NCBI GenBank assembly: GCA_963823665.1
Contig: CAWGMQ010000008.1
Span: 928,001 to 992,000 of the forward strand
Reading direction: 5' to 3'
Length of the DNA: 64,000 nt
DNA from: an uncultured Planctomycetota bacterium
GTDB taxonomy: Bacteria > Planctomycetota > Planctomycetia > Isosphaerales > Isosphaeraceae
The notes under the pieces are model-generated. The model was not told where the DNA came from. It saw nothing but the letters and a program-made list of their open reading frames with translations, and ran no database searches. This document shows, one piece after another, positions 51,907-61,599 of this stretch. The position numbers and the translations under genes are program-made. Positions within the stretch are counted from its first letter, which is position 1, and each line of letters starts with the position of its first letter.

Positions 51907-53118
51907 TCAAGACTTCCTGCCAGCCCTGAAACGCCAGGCTGCTCCGGCGAAGATCAATGCGAAAACGGCCAGCGATCCGGGCTCTGGGGTGATCACCTCG
52001 TATTGAGGGTCGCCTGGAGCGGCCAGACTTGTCGGCGTCAGCAAGACCTCGCTTTCGCTCGTAGCGGTGGTCGCCAGCGCGAGAATCTGTCCCAGATTGT
52101 TGATCGATTGGGCAAATTCAATCGTCCATCCGCTCTTCGGATCGATCAAGCTGTTCAGGTTGGTCATCACGCCATTGCTGTAAAGGAAGCCGTTGATCAC
52201 ATTGCCGGCAGCGTTGGAGACGTTGCCGACGATCTGCCCTTGCGCATTGATGGATGTCGCCGAACTGGTCGGAAAGCCCGGCAGTGCGCCGAGATCGACC
52301 ATCTTTCCATTCGCATACAGAAATGCATGATAGACCAGATTATTAGTCAGCGCGGAACTTCCGACGACCTGCCCGCTATCGTTGATCGCTGCTGCAGAGG
52401 CGGTTGTTCCGCCAAGCGTGCCGAGATCGATCGCCTTACCTCCCGTCACCAGAAACGGGTGACCCCAATATCCAGAGGTCGAACCTGCATTGAACGACAT
52501 GCTGTTTCCGATGAACGTGTTACCGACAACCTGGCCGGAGTTATTAATCGCCGTGGGAAAGCTCTGGTACGCACCCGCTAGCGCTGGCAGAACCTGCGTG
52601 CTGCCAGTGGCGGTGTTGTAGAGCACGGCCTGCACTGAGTTGGGCTGGCTGCCGTTGGTGGTGGCAATGATTTGTCCGGCGCTATTGAGGCCGAGTGCGT
52701 AGTATGGTATCTGCGTCGTCTGGCCATTTGCGTAAATGTACGATCCGAGCGCGGGCCCATATGGGTTTGGTCCGCCAGAGCCGGTGACCTGACCCAGATC
52801 GTTAATTGCTGACGGGCTACTATCGCGGACCACAGGAAAGTTGGTCGGAGCGATCGAGCCGCCTAGCGGGGTAACCGCGCCGCTGCCGCCGGGAGATCCG
52901 TCGTAAACGAATGCGTATCCTTGTTGCCAGTTGGGCCCTGGCTGCACCTCGCCTATAACTTGCCCCAAGTTATTCAGTGCCGGGGTAAAGTACGGATCGG
53001 TGCCCCGGTCGAAGTTGAGGACCGTGAGGTTATAGAGCGGGTCAGCCGAGGCTTCTCTCGTGAAAAGCGTGCTGCAGAGCAAGACGACGAGGACGGCCGC
53101 AACCGCGAGTTTCCGCAT
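51907..53118 (-). CDS. PEP-CTERM surface protein with HAF-type repeats
   Basis: Signal peptide; repeats DLGTLGG...AINDSGQVVG; C-terminal TPEPGSL + TM + RFRAGRK. Confidence 0.9.
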   Translation of the reverse strand: MRKLAVAAVLVVLLCSTLFTREASADPLYNLTVLNFDRGTDPYFTPALNNLGQVIGEVQPGPNWQQGYAFVYDGSPGGSGAVTPLGGSIAPTNFPVVRDSSPSAINDLGQVTGSGGPNPYGPALGSYIYANGQTTQIPYYALGLNSAGQIIATTNGSQPNSVQAVLYNTATGSTQVLPALAGAYQSFPTAINNSGQVVGNTFIGNSMSFNAGSTSGYWGHPFLVTGGKAIDLGTLGGTTASAAAINDSGQVVGSSALTNNLVYHAFLYANGKMVDLGALPGFPTSSATSINAQGQIVGNVSNAAGNVINGFLYSNGVMTNLNSLIDPKSGWTIEFAQSINNLGQILALATTATSESEVLLTPTSLAAPGDPQYEVITPEPGSLAVFALIFAGAAWRFRAGRKS

Positions 53119-53227
53119 TGTTGGCTGGTCCCCTTCCCTGGGAATGCCGATACGTCGAACCGCTACCGCTCAGGGCCGCACATCATCGAATCCACGGCGG
53201 GATTCGTCAATACCGGAAGCTTCACAC

Positions 53228-54160
53228 TCACGAATTCGCATACAGCTTGCCATGATGCCGCGAAGTCGCCCACCGCGGCCGGCGGCGAAACCACCCCAGG
53301 TCCGGGGCGTGCGCGTGGTAAGTCAGCCCCATCATCCGGATCGACACCATGCCCAGATAAAGCACGAGCACCCAGTATCCCCACAGGGCGAGGGCCTCCA
53401 TCCACATCCGCGGCATCTTGTACAGGAGGCCAACCACTCCCAGCACGCTGAACGCCAGCGAGATGCCCGCCAGCAGGCAGGGCCAGAGGTAGGCCCAGCC
53501 GATGCGAATGATCCCCGCGACGACAGTGATCGGGTTCGCCGCGATGATGTTCACGTGCAGGAGCGCGGCCGCCAGCGCCATCTGGCCAAACCCGGCCGCC
53601 AGCATGATCATGAACGAGAAGACCAGGCAGTCGAACACGTCGATTTGCCCGCAGTTGAACCAGTAGACGACGATCGGTCCGGCCCCGACCAGCAAACCGA
53701 CGACCATCGCCCAGATCCAGCGCAGGAATCCTTCGGCGATGTCGGCCGGATGCCACTCCGGCCAGGTCGGGTGATCGTTCTCACCGAGCGAGCTCGCCAC
53801 CAGCACATGCCCCAGGAAAACAATCGCGTACCCAAAAATCATCAGGAAGCTGAAGACGACGGGAATCATCACCGGCACGACCATCAGCCCGAGCCTCCAG
53901 TCGCCCTTCGTCATGGGCTGGAGCACGGCGATGATATCGAAGATCGGCAGCGACAGAACCCACAACATCGGGGGAAAGAAAAAGAGCAATCCCAGCCCCG
54001 GCCCGTCGGTGAGAGGATAACGCAGGCACTCCCACAAAGTTGGGTCTACCCGCGGATGCCGCCACCGAATCGAGCAGTACGACTCGTTCGGGTCGTCCCG
54101 CGCGACGACCCGGACCGATACCGAGGCCTCGGGGTCGTACCAGCGTTTGGGTCTGCCCAT
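53228..54160 (-). CDS. Multi-pass membrane protein (DUF4013-like)
   Basis: LRYPL, about six TM helices, SSLGENDHPTWPEW, IRMMGLTY. Confidence 0.7.
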   Translation of the reverse strand: MGRPKRWYDPEASVSVRVVARDDPNESYCSIRWRHPRVDPTLWECLRYPLTDGPGLGLLFFFPPMLWVLSLPIFDIIAVLQPMTKGDWRLGLMVVPVMIPVVFSFLMIFGYAIVFLGHVLVASSLGENDHPTWPEWHPADIAEGFLRWIWAMVVGLLVGAGPIVVYWFNCGQIDVFDCLVFSFMIMLAAGFGQMALAAALLHVNIIAANPITVVAGIIRIGWAYLWPCLLAGISLAFSVLGVVGLLYKMPRMWMEALALWGYWVLVLYLGMVSIRMMGLTYHAHAPDLGWFRRRPRWATSRHHGKLYANS

Positions 54161-54275
54161 CTCGACTTCATCCTGTGAAGCAAGATAGAGAACGTGCGCA
54201 CGTCCGACTCGCCCCCCGAGCCGGGGGGTTGACTCCTAATTATCTCGTACCGGCGGCCACGTTGCCAGAAGGCAG

Positions 54276-54674
54276 TTATTTCTTCTTGGCTTTTTCGCCG
54301 ATCATCTGGTCCAGGACGGACCGGACTTCCTTCGCCTGGCCGGGCTCGAGCGGATGGGATTTGAGGAGATGAAGCACAAGCAGTCCAGGCTCACCCTGGT
54401 AGAGTTTGTCAACGAGGCTCGTGAGCCGCCGTTGACGGACTTCCTGAGTCGAAATCACGGGTTTGTAAACGAACGCCAGCTCGCGGCGATCGCTGGTGAC
54501 CAGCCCTTTTGATTCAAGGCGGTCGAGGAGCGTGGCGACGGTCGCGTAAGACCACTCGCGTCCGGCGGCTTTCAGAGTGTCCATCGCCTCGCGAACGGTC
54601 GCGTGACCGAGGTCCCAGAGGACCTTGAGAACATCAAGCTCGGAGTCGGGTATTGTCGGTGGGCGTTTGGCCAT
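54276..54674 (-). CDS. BlaI/MecI/CopY family transcriptional repressor
   Basis: SELDVLKVLW, ATVRE, YATVATLLDRLESKGLV, AFVYKP. Confidence 0.93.
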   Translation of the reverse strand: MAKRPPTIPDSELDVLKVLWDLGHATVREAMDTLKAAGREWSYATVATLLDRLESKGLVTSDRRELAFVYKPVISTQEVRQRRLTSLVDKLYQGEPGLLVLHLLKSHPLEPGQAKEVRSVLDQMIGEKAKKK

Positions 54675-54806
54675 CGGGTGTCGTCTCGACGATTAGAAAC
54701 AGATGATCCCCATGCTCGCCATGGGTATGCTCCGACCATCCGTCCTGGGGCTCGTCTGACCGGAGCGTGCCGACCCTGATAGCAAGGTCTGATCCTGTCG
54801 AAACGT

Positions 54807-54835
54807 ATCCTAAGACAAATGTCTCATGAGGTCAA
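54807..54835 (-). promoter_or_regulatory. Sigma70 promoter of the BlaI-family gene with an internal operator
   Basis: TTGACC-N17-TAGGAT; palindrome AGACA-AA-TGTCT at 54813-54824 inside the spacer. Confidence 0.65.
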
Positions 54836-55030
54836 TCCCCCCCGAATGAAAAACCAGAAAGCGTTGGACAACGTGCGGTTCCCGGAGACGAAAGAACAAT
54901 GATGATGATGACCCGCCGAGGCGACGCTACTGGCACGCCGTCCATTCTCCTGGTACCATGATTTGCGTCTATCGACGAGACGCCGTTGACTAGCCGTTGT
55001 TGGCTAGCCGTTCCTGATCCCCGGTTGCAA

Positions 55031-55630
55031 ATGAAACCCACCAGGGCTGAACTCGTTTCCCTCTCGTCCAACACATCCGTCAGCTTGCTCGAACGCGTGA
55101 AGGCGCGCGACGAAGCAGCCTGGGGGCGGTTGGCGCACCTCTATGGGCCTATGGTCTATCGATGGGCGCGCAAGGCCGGGATTCAAGCCACTGATGCCCA
55201 GGACGTGGTTCAAAACGTCTTCCTGGCGGTGGCGTCAGACATCCAGCGGTTTGACCGCGCCCGGGTCAGCGACAGCTTTCGCGGGTGGCTGTGGACGATC
55301 TGTCGCCACAAGGTCCTCGATCATTTTCGAGAGAAGAAGCACGAGGCCTTTGCATCAGGCGGCACGACCGCGCAGCAACGTTTGCAGCAATTCGTCCTGC
55401 CGGAGCCCGGCGCCGAACAGAACACCGAAATGTGCCGGCTCCGACACCGGGCGGTCGCGATGCTCCGCGATCAGTTCGAGAATCATGTCTGGGAAGCATT
55501 CCTGCGGACCGCGGTGCACGGCGATCGCCCGGTCGATGCGGCCAGGGACCTGGGCATTTCGGTCGCGACCGTCTACCGGGCCAGGTTTCGCGTCCTCGCG
55601 CAGTTGCGAACCGAGCTGGAGGGTTTCTGA
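55031..55630 (+). CDS. ECF sigma factor (kinase-associated planctomycete type)
   Basis: TSVSLLERV, AAWGRL..LYGP, DAQDVVQ, SFRGWL, VYRARFRVL. Confidence 0.9.
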   Translation: MKPTRAELVSLSSNTSVSLLERVKARDEAAWGRLAHLYGPMVYRWARKAGIQATDAQDVVQNVFLAVASDIQRFDRARVSDSFRGWLWTICRHKVLDHFREKKHEAFASGGTTAQQRLQQFVLPEPGAEQNTEMCRLRHRAVAMLRDQFENHVWEAFLRTAVHGDRPVDAARDLGISVATVYRARFRVLAQLRTELEGF

Positions 55631-55694
55631 TCCGGCATCCGGCAGGCGAACAGCCCGCCGCTCAGGTTTCAAAGCCGGGCTACAAGGAGCGGGC

Positions 55695-57917
55695 ATGGTC
55701 GGAGAGGATTGTCCCAAAGACGTCGAATTGCTCGCCTGGTTGCAAGACCCGTTCGGCTCCGAGCGGTGCCAGCCAATCGCCGCCCACATCGACGCCTGCT
55801 CTGCCTGCCAGACCACACTCGCGCAACTCGACGCCGCCCTGGAAGAGGATCCGGGAAGAGCCGCGGACGACGATCTGCTCGCCGACCTGCGGCGCCCGGA
55901 GCCGGCGGATGAGCTCGAGCGCGAGCCCGAGTGTTCCGTGGCATGCACCCTCGCCGAAACGGCAGCGATTTCCCGATCGGTTCCCGCGGGTGTTTCCCGC
56001 CAGCCGGATGCTTCCGACGTCCTCGCCATTACGCAACAAGGCCGCTACGAAATCCTCGGCGTTCTGGGCCATGGCGGCATGGGCGTCGTCTACAAGGCGC
56101 GCAACCTCAAGATGAATCGGCTGGTCGCGATCAAGGTGCTGCCGCCTCTAAAGCCGCAAGACCCCGGAGCCGCCGCACGTTTCGAGCGCGAAATCCAGAC
56201 GCTCGCCCAGCTCAAGCACCCGCACATCGTCACCGCCTACGATGCCGACGAGGCCGACGGCAAGCATTTCCTGGTGATGGAGTACATCGACGGCTCGGAC
56301 TTGAAGACCGTGGTGCAGACCCAGGGCCCGCTGCCCGTGCTCAGGGCCGTACAGATCATTCTTCAGGCGGCGCAGGGGCTGCAATACGCCCACGAACAGG
56401 GGATCGTCCACCGCGATATCAAGCCGGCCAATCTGATGCTGGAGCAAAACGGCAGCGTGAAAGTGCTGGATCTCGGGCTGGCCCGCATCGAGAGCAATGC
56501 GGCGAACCAGGCCGACCTGACCGTGACAGGAATGATGATGGGCACGGTCGACTACCTGGCCCCGGAACAAGCCGCCAGCGCCAGGAACATCGACGGGCGT
56601 GCCGACATCTACAGCCTCGGCTGCTCGCTCTATTACCTCCTGACCGGTGCGCCGCTCTACGACGGCGACACCGTCATCCAGAAGGTGCTGGCCCACCGTG
56701 AGGAGCCGATCCCGGCGCTGGGCGAGGCTCGCCCGGATTGCCCCGCGCTCCTGGAACAAGTGTTCGCGCGCATGGTGGCCAAGCGGCCCGACGATCGCTA
56801 CCCAAAGATGGCCGATGTCATCGCCGATCTGGAAAGAATTCTCGCCTCCCCGGAGAGTTTCACGCCGCAGCCCTCCGGCGTCCCGACCGAGGCCGCGGTT
56901 TCACCAATGAGCCGAGGTGGGTGGCGGCGAATCCTCGGAAAACGCCGGGTGATGTTGGCAGTCGTGGCTGTGGTCTCGGTTGCTGCTTGTGCTGCGCTGA
57001 TTCCGCCGCTCGTCAAACGCCTGGGCTCGCGAGCTGGTTCCGAAGTTTCCCGCGAGAAGAAAGACTCGCCGCCAGGCTCGAAAGGAGCAGCCCCTGGCAA
57101 AGACTCGCCGGGCGCGCTGGCCAGCGGCGCCCATGCGGGCGAGGAGTGGGACAGCGACGCGTTGCACATGAAGTTCTGCTGGTGCCCGCCCGGGAAGTTC
57201 CTCATGGGCAGTCCCAAGAACGAGGCTGGCCGGGCCGAATTCGAAAGCCCCCAGGTTGAGGTCGAGTTGACGCAGGGATACTGGCTGGGCAAATTTGAAG
57301 TCACGCAGGACGAGTGGCAGCAAATGATGGGCACGAAGCCAAGCCGGTTCCACGGGGCCAAAACGCTCCCCGTCGAGAACATCTCGTGGAAGGAAGCCAG
57401 CAAGTTCTGTGAGCTGCTGACGCAGCAGGAGCGGGCTCGGGGCTCAATTCCTGCGGGATGGGAGTTTCGCCTGCCCACGGAGGCGCAGTGGGAATATGCC
57501 TGCCGCGCCGGCACAACCACGGCTTACAGCTTCGGCCCATCCACCGAGGGCCTGGGCGACTACATGTGGTACAGCTACAACTCGCAAATCCACACAAATG
57601 AAGTTGGCCGGAAGCAGCCGAACGCATGGGGCTTCCACGACATGCACGGCAACGTGTGGGAGTGGTGTCGCGACTGGTTTCAGAACAAGCTTCCGGGGGG
57701 CGTAGACCCCTTGGTCACCGAGGTGGGCACCGGCCGGGTGTTTCGCGGCGGCGGCTGGGAGTCGGCCGCGCATCTCTGCCGCACAGCCTTCCGCAGTGGC
57801 CAGGTGCCCGATGAGGCAGGCCACGTCCTCGGCTTTCGCGTCGCCCTGGTCGAGGTGTCCACCGCCGGCCGCGATGCGCCCACCCAGCCGCCCCCAGAAG
57901 AACGCGGCCACCCGTAA
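55695..57917 (+). CDS. Ser/Thr kinase with N-terminal HxxxCxxC Zn site, TM helix and FGE-sulfatase (SUMF1-like) domain
   Basis: HIDACSAC; GHGGMGVV, HRDIKPAN, DLG, GTVDYLAPEQ; FLMGSP, RLPTEAQWEYACRAG, DMHGNVWEWC, GFRV. Confidence 0.92.
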   Translation: MVGEDCPKDVELLAWLQDPFGSERCQPIAAHIDACSACQTTLAQLDAALEEDPGRAADDDLLADLRRPEPADELEREPECSVACTLAETAAISRSVPAGVSRQPDASDVLAITQQGRYEILGVLGHGGMGVVYKARNLKMNRLVAIKVLPPLKPQDPGAAARFEREIQTLAQLKHPHIVTAYDADEADGKHFLVMEYIDGSDLKTVVQTQGPLPVLRAVQIILQAAQGLQYAHEQGIVHRDIKPANLMLEQNGSVKVLDLGLARIESNAANQADLTVTGMMMGTVDYLAPEQAASARNIDGRADIYSLGCSLYYLLTGAPLYDGDTVIQKVLAHREEPIPALGEARPDCPALLEQVFARMVAKRPDDRYPKMADVIADLERILASPESFTPQPSGVPTEAAVSPMSRGGWRRILGKRRVMLAVVAVVSVAACAALIPPLVKRLGSRAGSEVSREKKDSPPGSKGAAPGKDSPGALASGAHAGEEWDSDALHMKFCWCPPGKFLMGSPKNEAGRAEFESPQVEVELTQGYWLGKFEVTQDEWQQMMGTKPSRFHGAKTLPVENISWKEASKFCELLTQQERARGSIPAGWEFRLPTEAQWEYACRAGTTTAYSFGPSTEGLGDYMWYSYNSQIHTNEVGRKQPNAWGFHDMHGNVWEWCRDWFQNKLPGGVDPLVTEVGTGRVFRGGGWESAAHLCRTAFRSGQVPDEAGHVLGFRVALVEVSTAGRDAPTQPPPEERGHP

Positions 57918-57973
57918 GAACCGCAATGGGCGAGACGTGGAACGTGATGTGAGCTGCGCGGGCGGTGGCCGCG

Positions 57974-59020
57974 CTAAGGTTGCTTGAAGAGATCAACTCC
58001 GATACTCGTATTTAAGAAACCATACTCCATGGCATCACGGGCCCGGTGGGGCGCGACGCCCCTACCGAGATACGCTGTGTAGTAGTCGAGTGCATACCTT
58101 CTCTCCTGGTACCCACCAGCGCGCGAGCAGTCATAACGTATCCACGGAACATCACTTCCCGCGCTATAGAAGATTTGCGCAAACCCCGGGTCGAGCGCAT
58201 TGGAGTCCCAGTCGCCGCCTCCCCACCTGACCTGAAATGTTATTGTGTGGTCTGATTGATTTTCAATACTAATTATTCGATATATCTTGATAGATTGGAG
58301 AATGGAGCTGATCTCTTTGCGGTGGACTCCGACTGTTTCGAAGCCCCCATCGCCGCCGACCGACTCGTCGATTCCCACGACCTCGGCGTCGTCATTGAGT
58401 ATGGGGCCGCCGCTGTTGCCGGGGAAGGTGTCCGACGCAAAAAACACGGCATGAAAATTCACGTGATAACCATCGGCAAACGTGTTGGAAAAGGAACCGG
58501 CGCTCGAGAACTTGCCGATCGAGAGTCGCCAGAGGTCCCTGTCCGCGGGGTTGCCGAGAATGCAAAGCGTGTCCCCATCCCGGGGATCGTGGTCGGCCAG
58601 AAGAAGCTGGTGGACCGCCGGCGAGAGCCGGCCCACCGCCAGGACCGCCAGATCCCTCCGGCGGTCACGCGCGACCACACGGCCCACGGAGTGCCCCGCC
58701 ACGCGTGTCAGCTCATCGACGTGGTCTAGATAATATTGCTTGTCGAGAATCACTTTGTCATTTTCGTCGTGCGTGGGGAAGTATACGGACGCGGTGCTTT
58801 CCGCACCCATGACATGATGGCTCGTGACCACCAACCTTCGTTCCGTGTCCGCGACATAGCCGCTGCCGAACACGTAATGTCCGTCGGGAAATTGGTTCGC
58901 GATCAAGACCAGGCCGTCGAGCGAGCGTTTGTAGACGTCTGTGGGAGTGGCGGCCGACGTCAATCCTACAATGGCAGCTATAACAATAATGTTGTATCTA
59001 TTCGATAGTTGTTTATCCAT
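57974..59020 (-). CDS. Secreted trypsin-like (S1) serine protease with an unknown C-terminal beta domain
   Basis: Catalytic triad TSHHV, RDLAVL, PGNSGGP; signal peptide; visibly lower GC. Confidence 0.85.
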   Translation of the reverse strand: MDKQLSNRYNIIVIAAIVGLTSAATPTDVYKRSLDGLVLIANQFPDGHYVFGSGYVADTERRLVVTSHHVMGAESTASVYFPTHDENDKVILDKQYYLDHVDELTRVAGHSVGRVVARDRRRDLAVLAVGRLSPAVHQLLLADHDPRDGDTLCILGNPADRDLWRLSIGKFSSAGSFSNTFADGYHVNFHAVFFASDTFPGNSGGPILNDDAEVVGIDESVGGDGGFETVGVHRKEISSILQSIKIYRIISIENQSDHTITFQVRWGGGDWDSNALDPGFAQIFYSAGSDVPWIRYDCSRAGGYQERRYALDYYTAYLGRGVAPHRARDAMEYGFLNTSIGVDLFKQP

Positions 59021-59173
59021 TTGGATTGTCTCATTGTAGCCCGCACTTTCTCCCAAAACGTGGTGGCCCCCTGGACGAGCGAGCCCGCGGGGCGTGCCGC
59101 GGGCCCCATGTTAGACCTCGATCCGAAATCGGATGCCACCGCTTCGATCATCAGGGCGTGCTTGCCCGCGGGC

Positions 59174-61279
59174 TCATCGTAATCGCCACTCCGCACTTCG
59201 ACTTTCGGGCTCGGACCCACCAGAGTCGGCCGGCGCTTCGGCCTCGGGCTCGGCCGGCGTTTCGGCCTCGGGCTCGGCCGGCGTTTCGGCCCCGGGCTCG
59301 GCCCCGGAGTCGGCCGGCATTTCGGCCTCGGGCTCGGCCGGCGTTTCGGCCCCGGGCTCGGCCCCGGAGTCGGCCGGCATTTCGGTCTCGGGCTCGGCCC
59401 CGGAGTCGGCGGGCATTTCGGCCTCTTTCTCACCCTCCTCAGCGCCCTCCATTTCGCCCTCCTCGGCGCCCTCCATTTCGCCCTCGTCGCCACCGGGCTC
59501 GTCCGCGGGCTTGGCATCCTCGTCCGCGGGCATGGCATCCTCGTCGGCGGGCTTGGCATCCTCGTCCGCGGGCTTGGCATCCTCGTCCACGGGCTTGGCA
59601 TCCGCCTCCGCAGGCTTGGCATCCGGCTCCGCAGGCTTAACGGGAGGTTCAACAGCGGGCTTCGCGTCCTTACCGGCGTCCTTGCCAGGTTCAAGTGGTT
59701 TAACGTCGTTCCCTTCCCGATGGAATCCTTTCTCCCGGTCGATTTCCTTGCCGTCCTTTTTAGTTACTGTGTCATCCTTTCCTCTCGTAAAATTTCCGGC
59801 GCTATCTTTGCTTCCGTAGGCTCCCCCCGTGATCTCGGTGCCACCGTCCTTGTCCTTGGGCTTATCATCCTTGGGGGTATCGCCGGGCTTGCCGGTCTGG
59901 TTGGGCGGCAAATTAACGGTAACATTTTGGTTCTGATTCTGGCCCTGGTTGCTCCGGTTGTTGCTCATGGCGCCGCTGAGGGCTTTGCCGAGGCCGCTGG
60001 CGATGGCGCTGCCGATCCCGGCGCCGCCGACCCCGCCGCCGCCGACTGCGCGGCCGCCACCGCCGCCTCCGCCGACCCCGCCGCCGCCGACTGCGCGTCC
60101 GCCACCGCCGACCCCGCCGCCGCCGACTGCGCGGCCGACTCCGCCACCGCTGACTGCGCGGCCGCCGCCGCCGAATCCACCGCCTCCGAGTCCGCCGCCT
60201 CCGAGTCCGCCGCCTCCGAGTCCGCCGCCTCCGAGTCCGCCGCCTCCGAGTCCATTACCGGGGCCCCCGCCGTTGCCGGCAACAGGGCCAGGTTTCTGCG
60301 TGTCGACCTTCGGCCTGGTCACGGCACCAGCCAATGTTCGCGGTTTGGGCAGATTGGCTCCGACCACCATCCGGGTCACCTGCTGGGGGTCGGTCTTGCT
60401 TGCCACATTCGCATAGACAAGTGAAACGCCTTTGGCGGTGCCGTATTCGTACTTGACATCGGCCACGCGTTCGAACGTGCGCTCATTCCGCGGCGCCTTG
60501 GCATTCACAAGGCGCGGCGTAGGGTCCCAAGTCCGGCAATCCGCCTGGCCGAAGGGGAGAGGGGGCCCCATGTAACTCGAGTGGGTGTTGAAACCGCCGG
60601 TGTTGTCGTTGAGCGCACGGAAGCCCACGTAAGTCGGTGCGCCCGCGTGGACGGTTCCCGACCGGCAGAAGGTATAGGGCTCAACGTTGCCACTGGCGGC
60701 CGCGCTGTAGGTCGTCTGGATTTCCGGTTTCGCCTTTCCCGGCAGGCAGCCGACAACCATCCGTGCGAGCTGCTTGCCGTCGGCCTTGTTCGTCACGGTG
60801 GCATAGACCAGGGCGATATTCCGCTGGCGTTCGTATCCGAACTCGATGTCCACGACGGCGTTCTTTGTGTAAGACGCTTTCGGAAGATCGCCGCTCAGTT
60901 TGAGAGCGGGACTCTTTGACCAGGTACTGGCGGGCTTGAGGCGGGCTTTTTCCACGCTGGCGAGGCTATTCACCCAGTGGTGGTAAACCATGAAGCCGTC
61001 GTCGCCCGTCTTGAGCGCGCGAAAAATCATGTAGGAGGTGCCGCCGGTGGCGGTGGACCCAATCGGGCAGTAAGTGAACGCGGTGGACTTCGCCTCCGCG
61101 GCCCCAAGCTTCTTCAGATCCGGGGGAGGCAGCTTCGCCTTCGGCGTCTGCGCGTTTGCTGTTGCTTTTGGCGGCGCCGCCGTGGGCGCGGCCGGTGCTT
61201 CCTGAGCCATGGCTGGGCGCGGCAGGAGGGGCAAAATGCCGATGCCCAAGGCGACGATCAGACGCGTACGGACCCTCAT
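59174..61279 (-). CDS. Secreted protein with a duplicated ~115-aa domain, Gly-rich linker and acidic repeat tail
   Basis: Signal peptide ending AMA-Q; two homologous blocks; low-complexity C-terminal half. Confidence 0.8.
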   Translation of the reverse strand: MRVRTRLIVALGIGILPLLPRPAMAQEAPAAPTAAPPKATANAQTPKAKLPPPDLKKLGAAEAKSTAFTYCPIGSTATGGTSYMIFRALKTGDDGFMVYHHWVNSLASVEKARLKPASTWSKSPALKLSGDLPKASYTKNAVVDIEFGYERQRNIALVYATVTNKADGKQLARMVVGCLPGKAKPEIQTTYSAAASGNVEPYTFCRSGTVHAGAPTYVGFRALNDNTGGFNTHSSYMGPPLPFGQADCRTWDPTPRLVNAKAPRNERTFERVADVKYEYGTAKGVSLVYANVASKTDPQQVTRMVVGANLPKPRTLAGAVTRPKVDTQKPGPVAGNGGGPGNGLGGGGLGGGGLGGGGLGGGGLGGGGFGGGGRAVSGGGVGRAVGGGGVGGGGRAVGGGGVGGGGGGGRAVGGGGVGGAGIGSAIASGLGKALSGAMSNNRSNQGQNQNQNVTVNLPPNQTGKPGDTPKDDKPKDKDGGTEITGGAYGSKDSAGNFTRGKDDTVTKKDGKEIDREKGFHREGNDVKPLEPGKDAGKDAKPAVEPPVKPAEPDAKPAEADAKPVDEDAKPADEDAKPADEDAMPADEDAKPADEPGGDEGEMEGAEEGEMEGAEEGEKEAEMPADSGAEPETEMPADSGAEPGAETPAEPEAEMPADSGAEPGAETPAEPEAETPAEPEAEAPADSGGSEPESRSAEWRLR
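59224..59640 (-). repeat. Coding tandem repeats: 21-bp (AKPADED), 24-bp (EGEMEGAE) and a ~60-bp duplication (EMPADSGAEPGAETPAEPEA)
   Basis: Visible periodicity, e.g. GGGCTTGGCATCCTCGTCCGC units at about 59507-59640. Confidence 0.85.
60020..60253 (-). repeat. Coding Gly-rich repeats: five 15-bp units (GGGGL) and about four RAVGGGGV units
   Basis: CCGCCTCCGAGTCCG x5 at about 60180-60253. Confidence 0.85.
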
Positions 61280-61599
61280 GACGTGGACTCCGGTGATGGG
61301 TGAAGAACCTGCCCGCCCGCTACCATTACGGGTGAATGCGCTGGACGCACCTGGATCTCCAGCAGAGATCTACCGCTGTCTTAGATCAGCGGAACTCTTT
61401 CGCACGGGAAGGGCGTTTTCGCTGTGCGGGGACTTGTAAGCGGAGATGTGCCAGGCATTTAAAAACTTCGAAAATCTTTTGGGCGGCAGCAACACGGCAA
61501 GGATCCCGGTGGTGCCGATACCCGTGAGCCCGAGCCGGCGTAGGACGACGGCGGATCGGCCGACGACCCAGAGATCGCCTCAACTTCTCGCCGTTAGAG

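Noticed and set aside
59224..60253. Tandem repeats as a CRISPR array or non-coding repeat array
   Set aside because: Unit lengths are multiples of 3, there are no unique spacers, they sit in frame within a CDS, and no cas genes are present.
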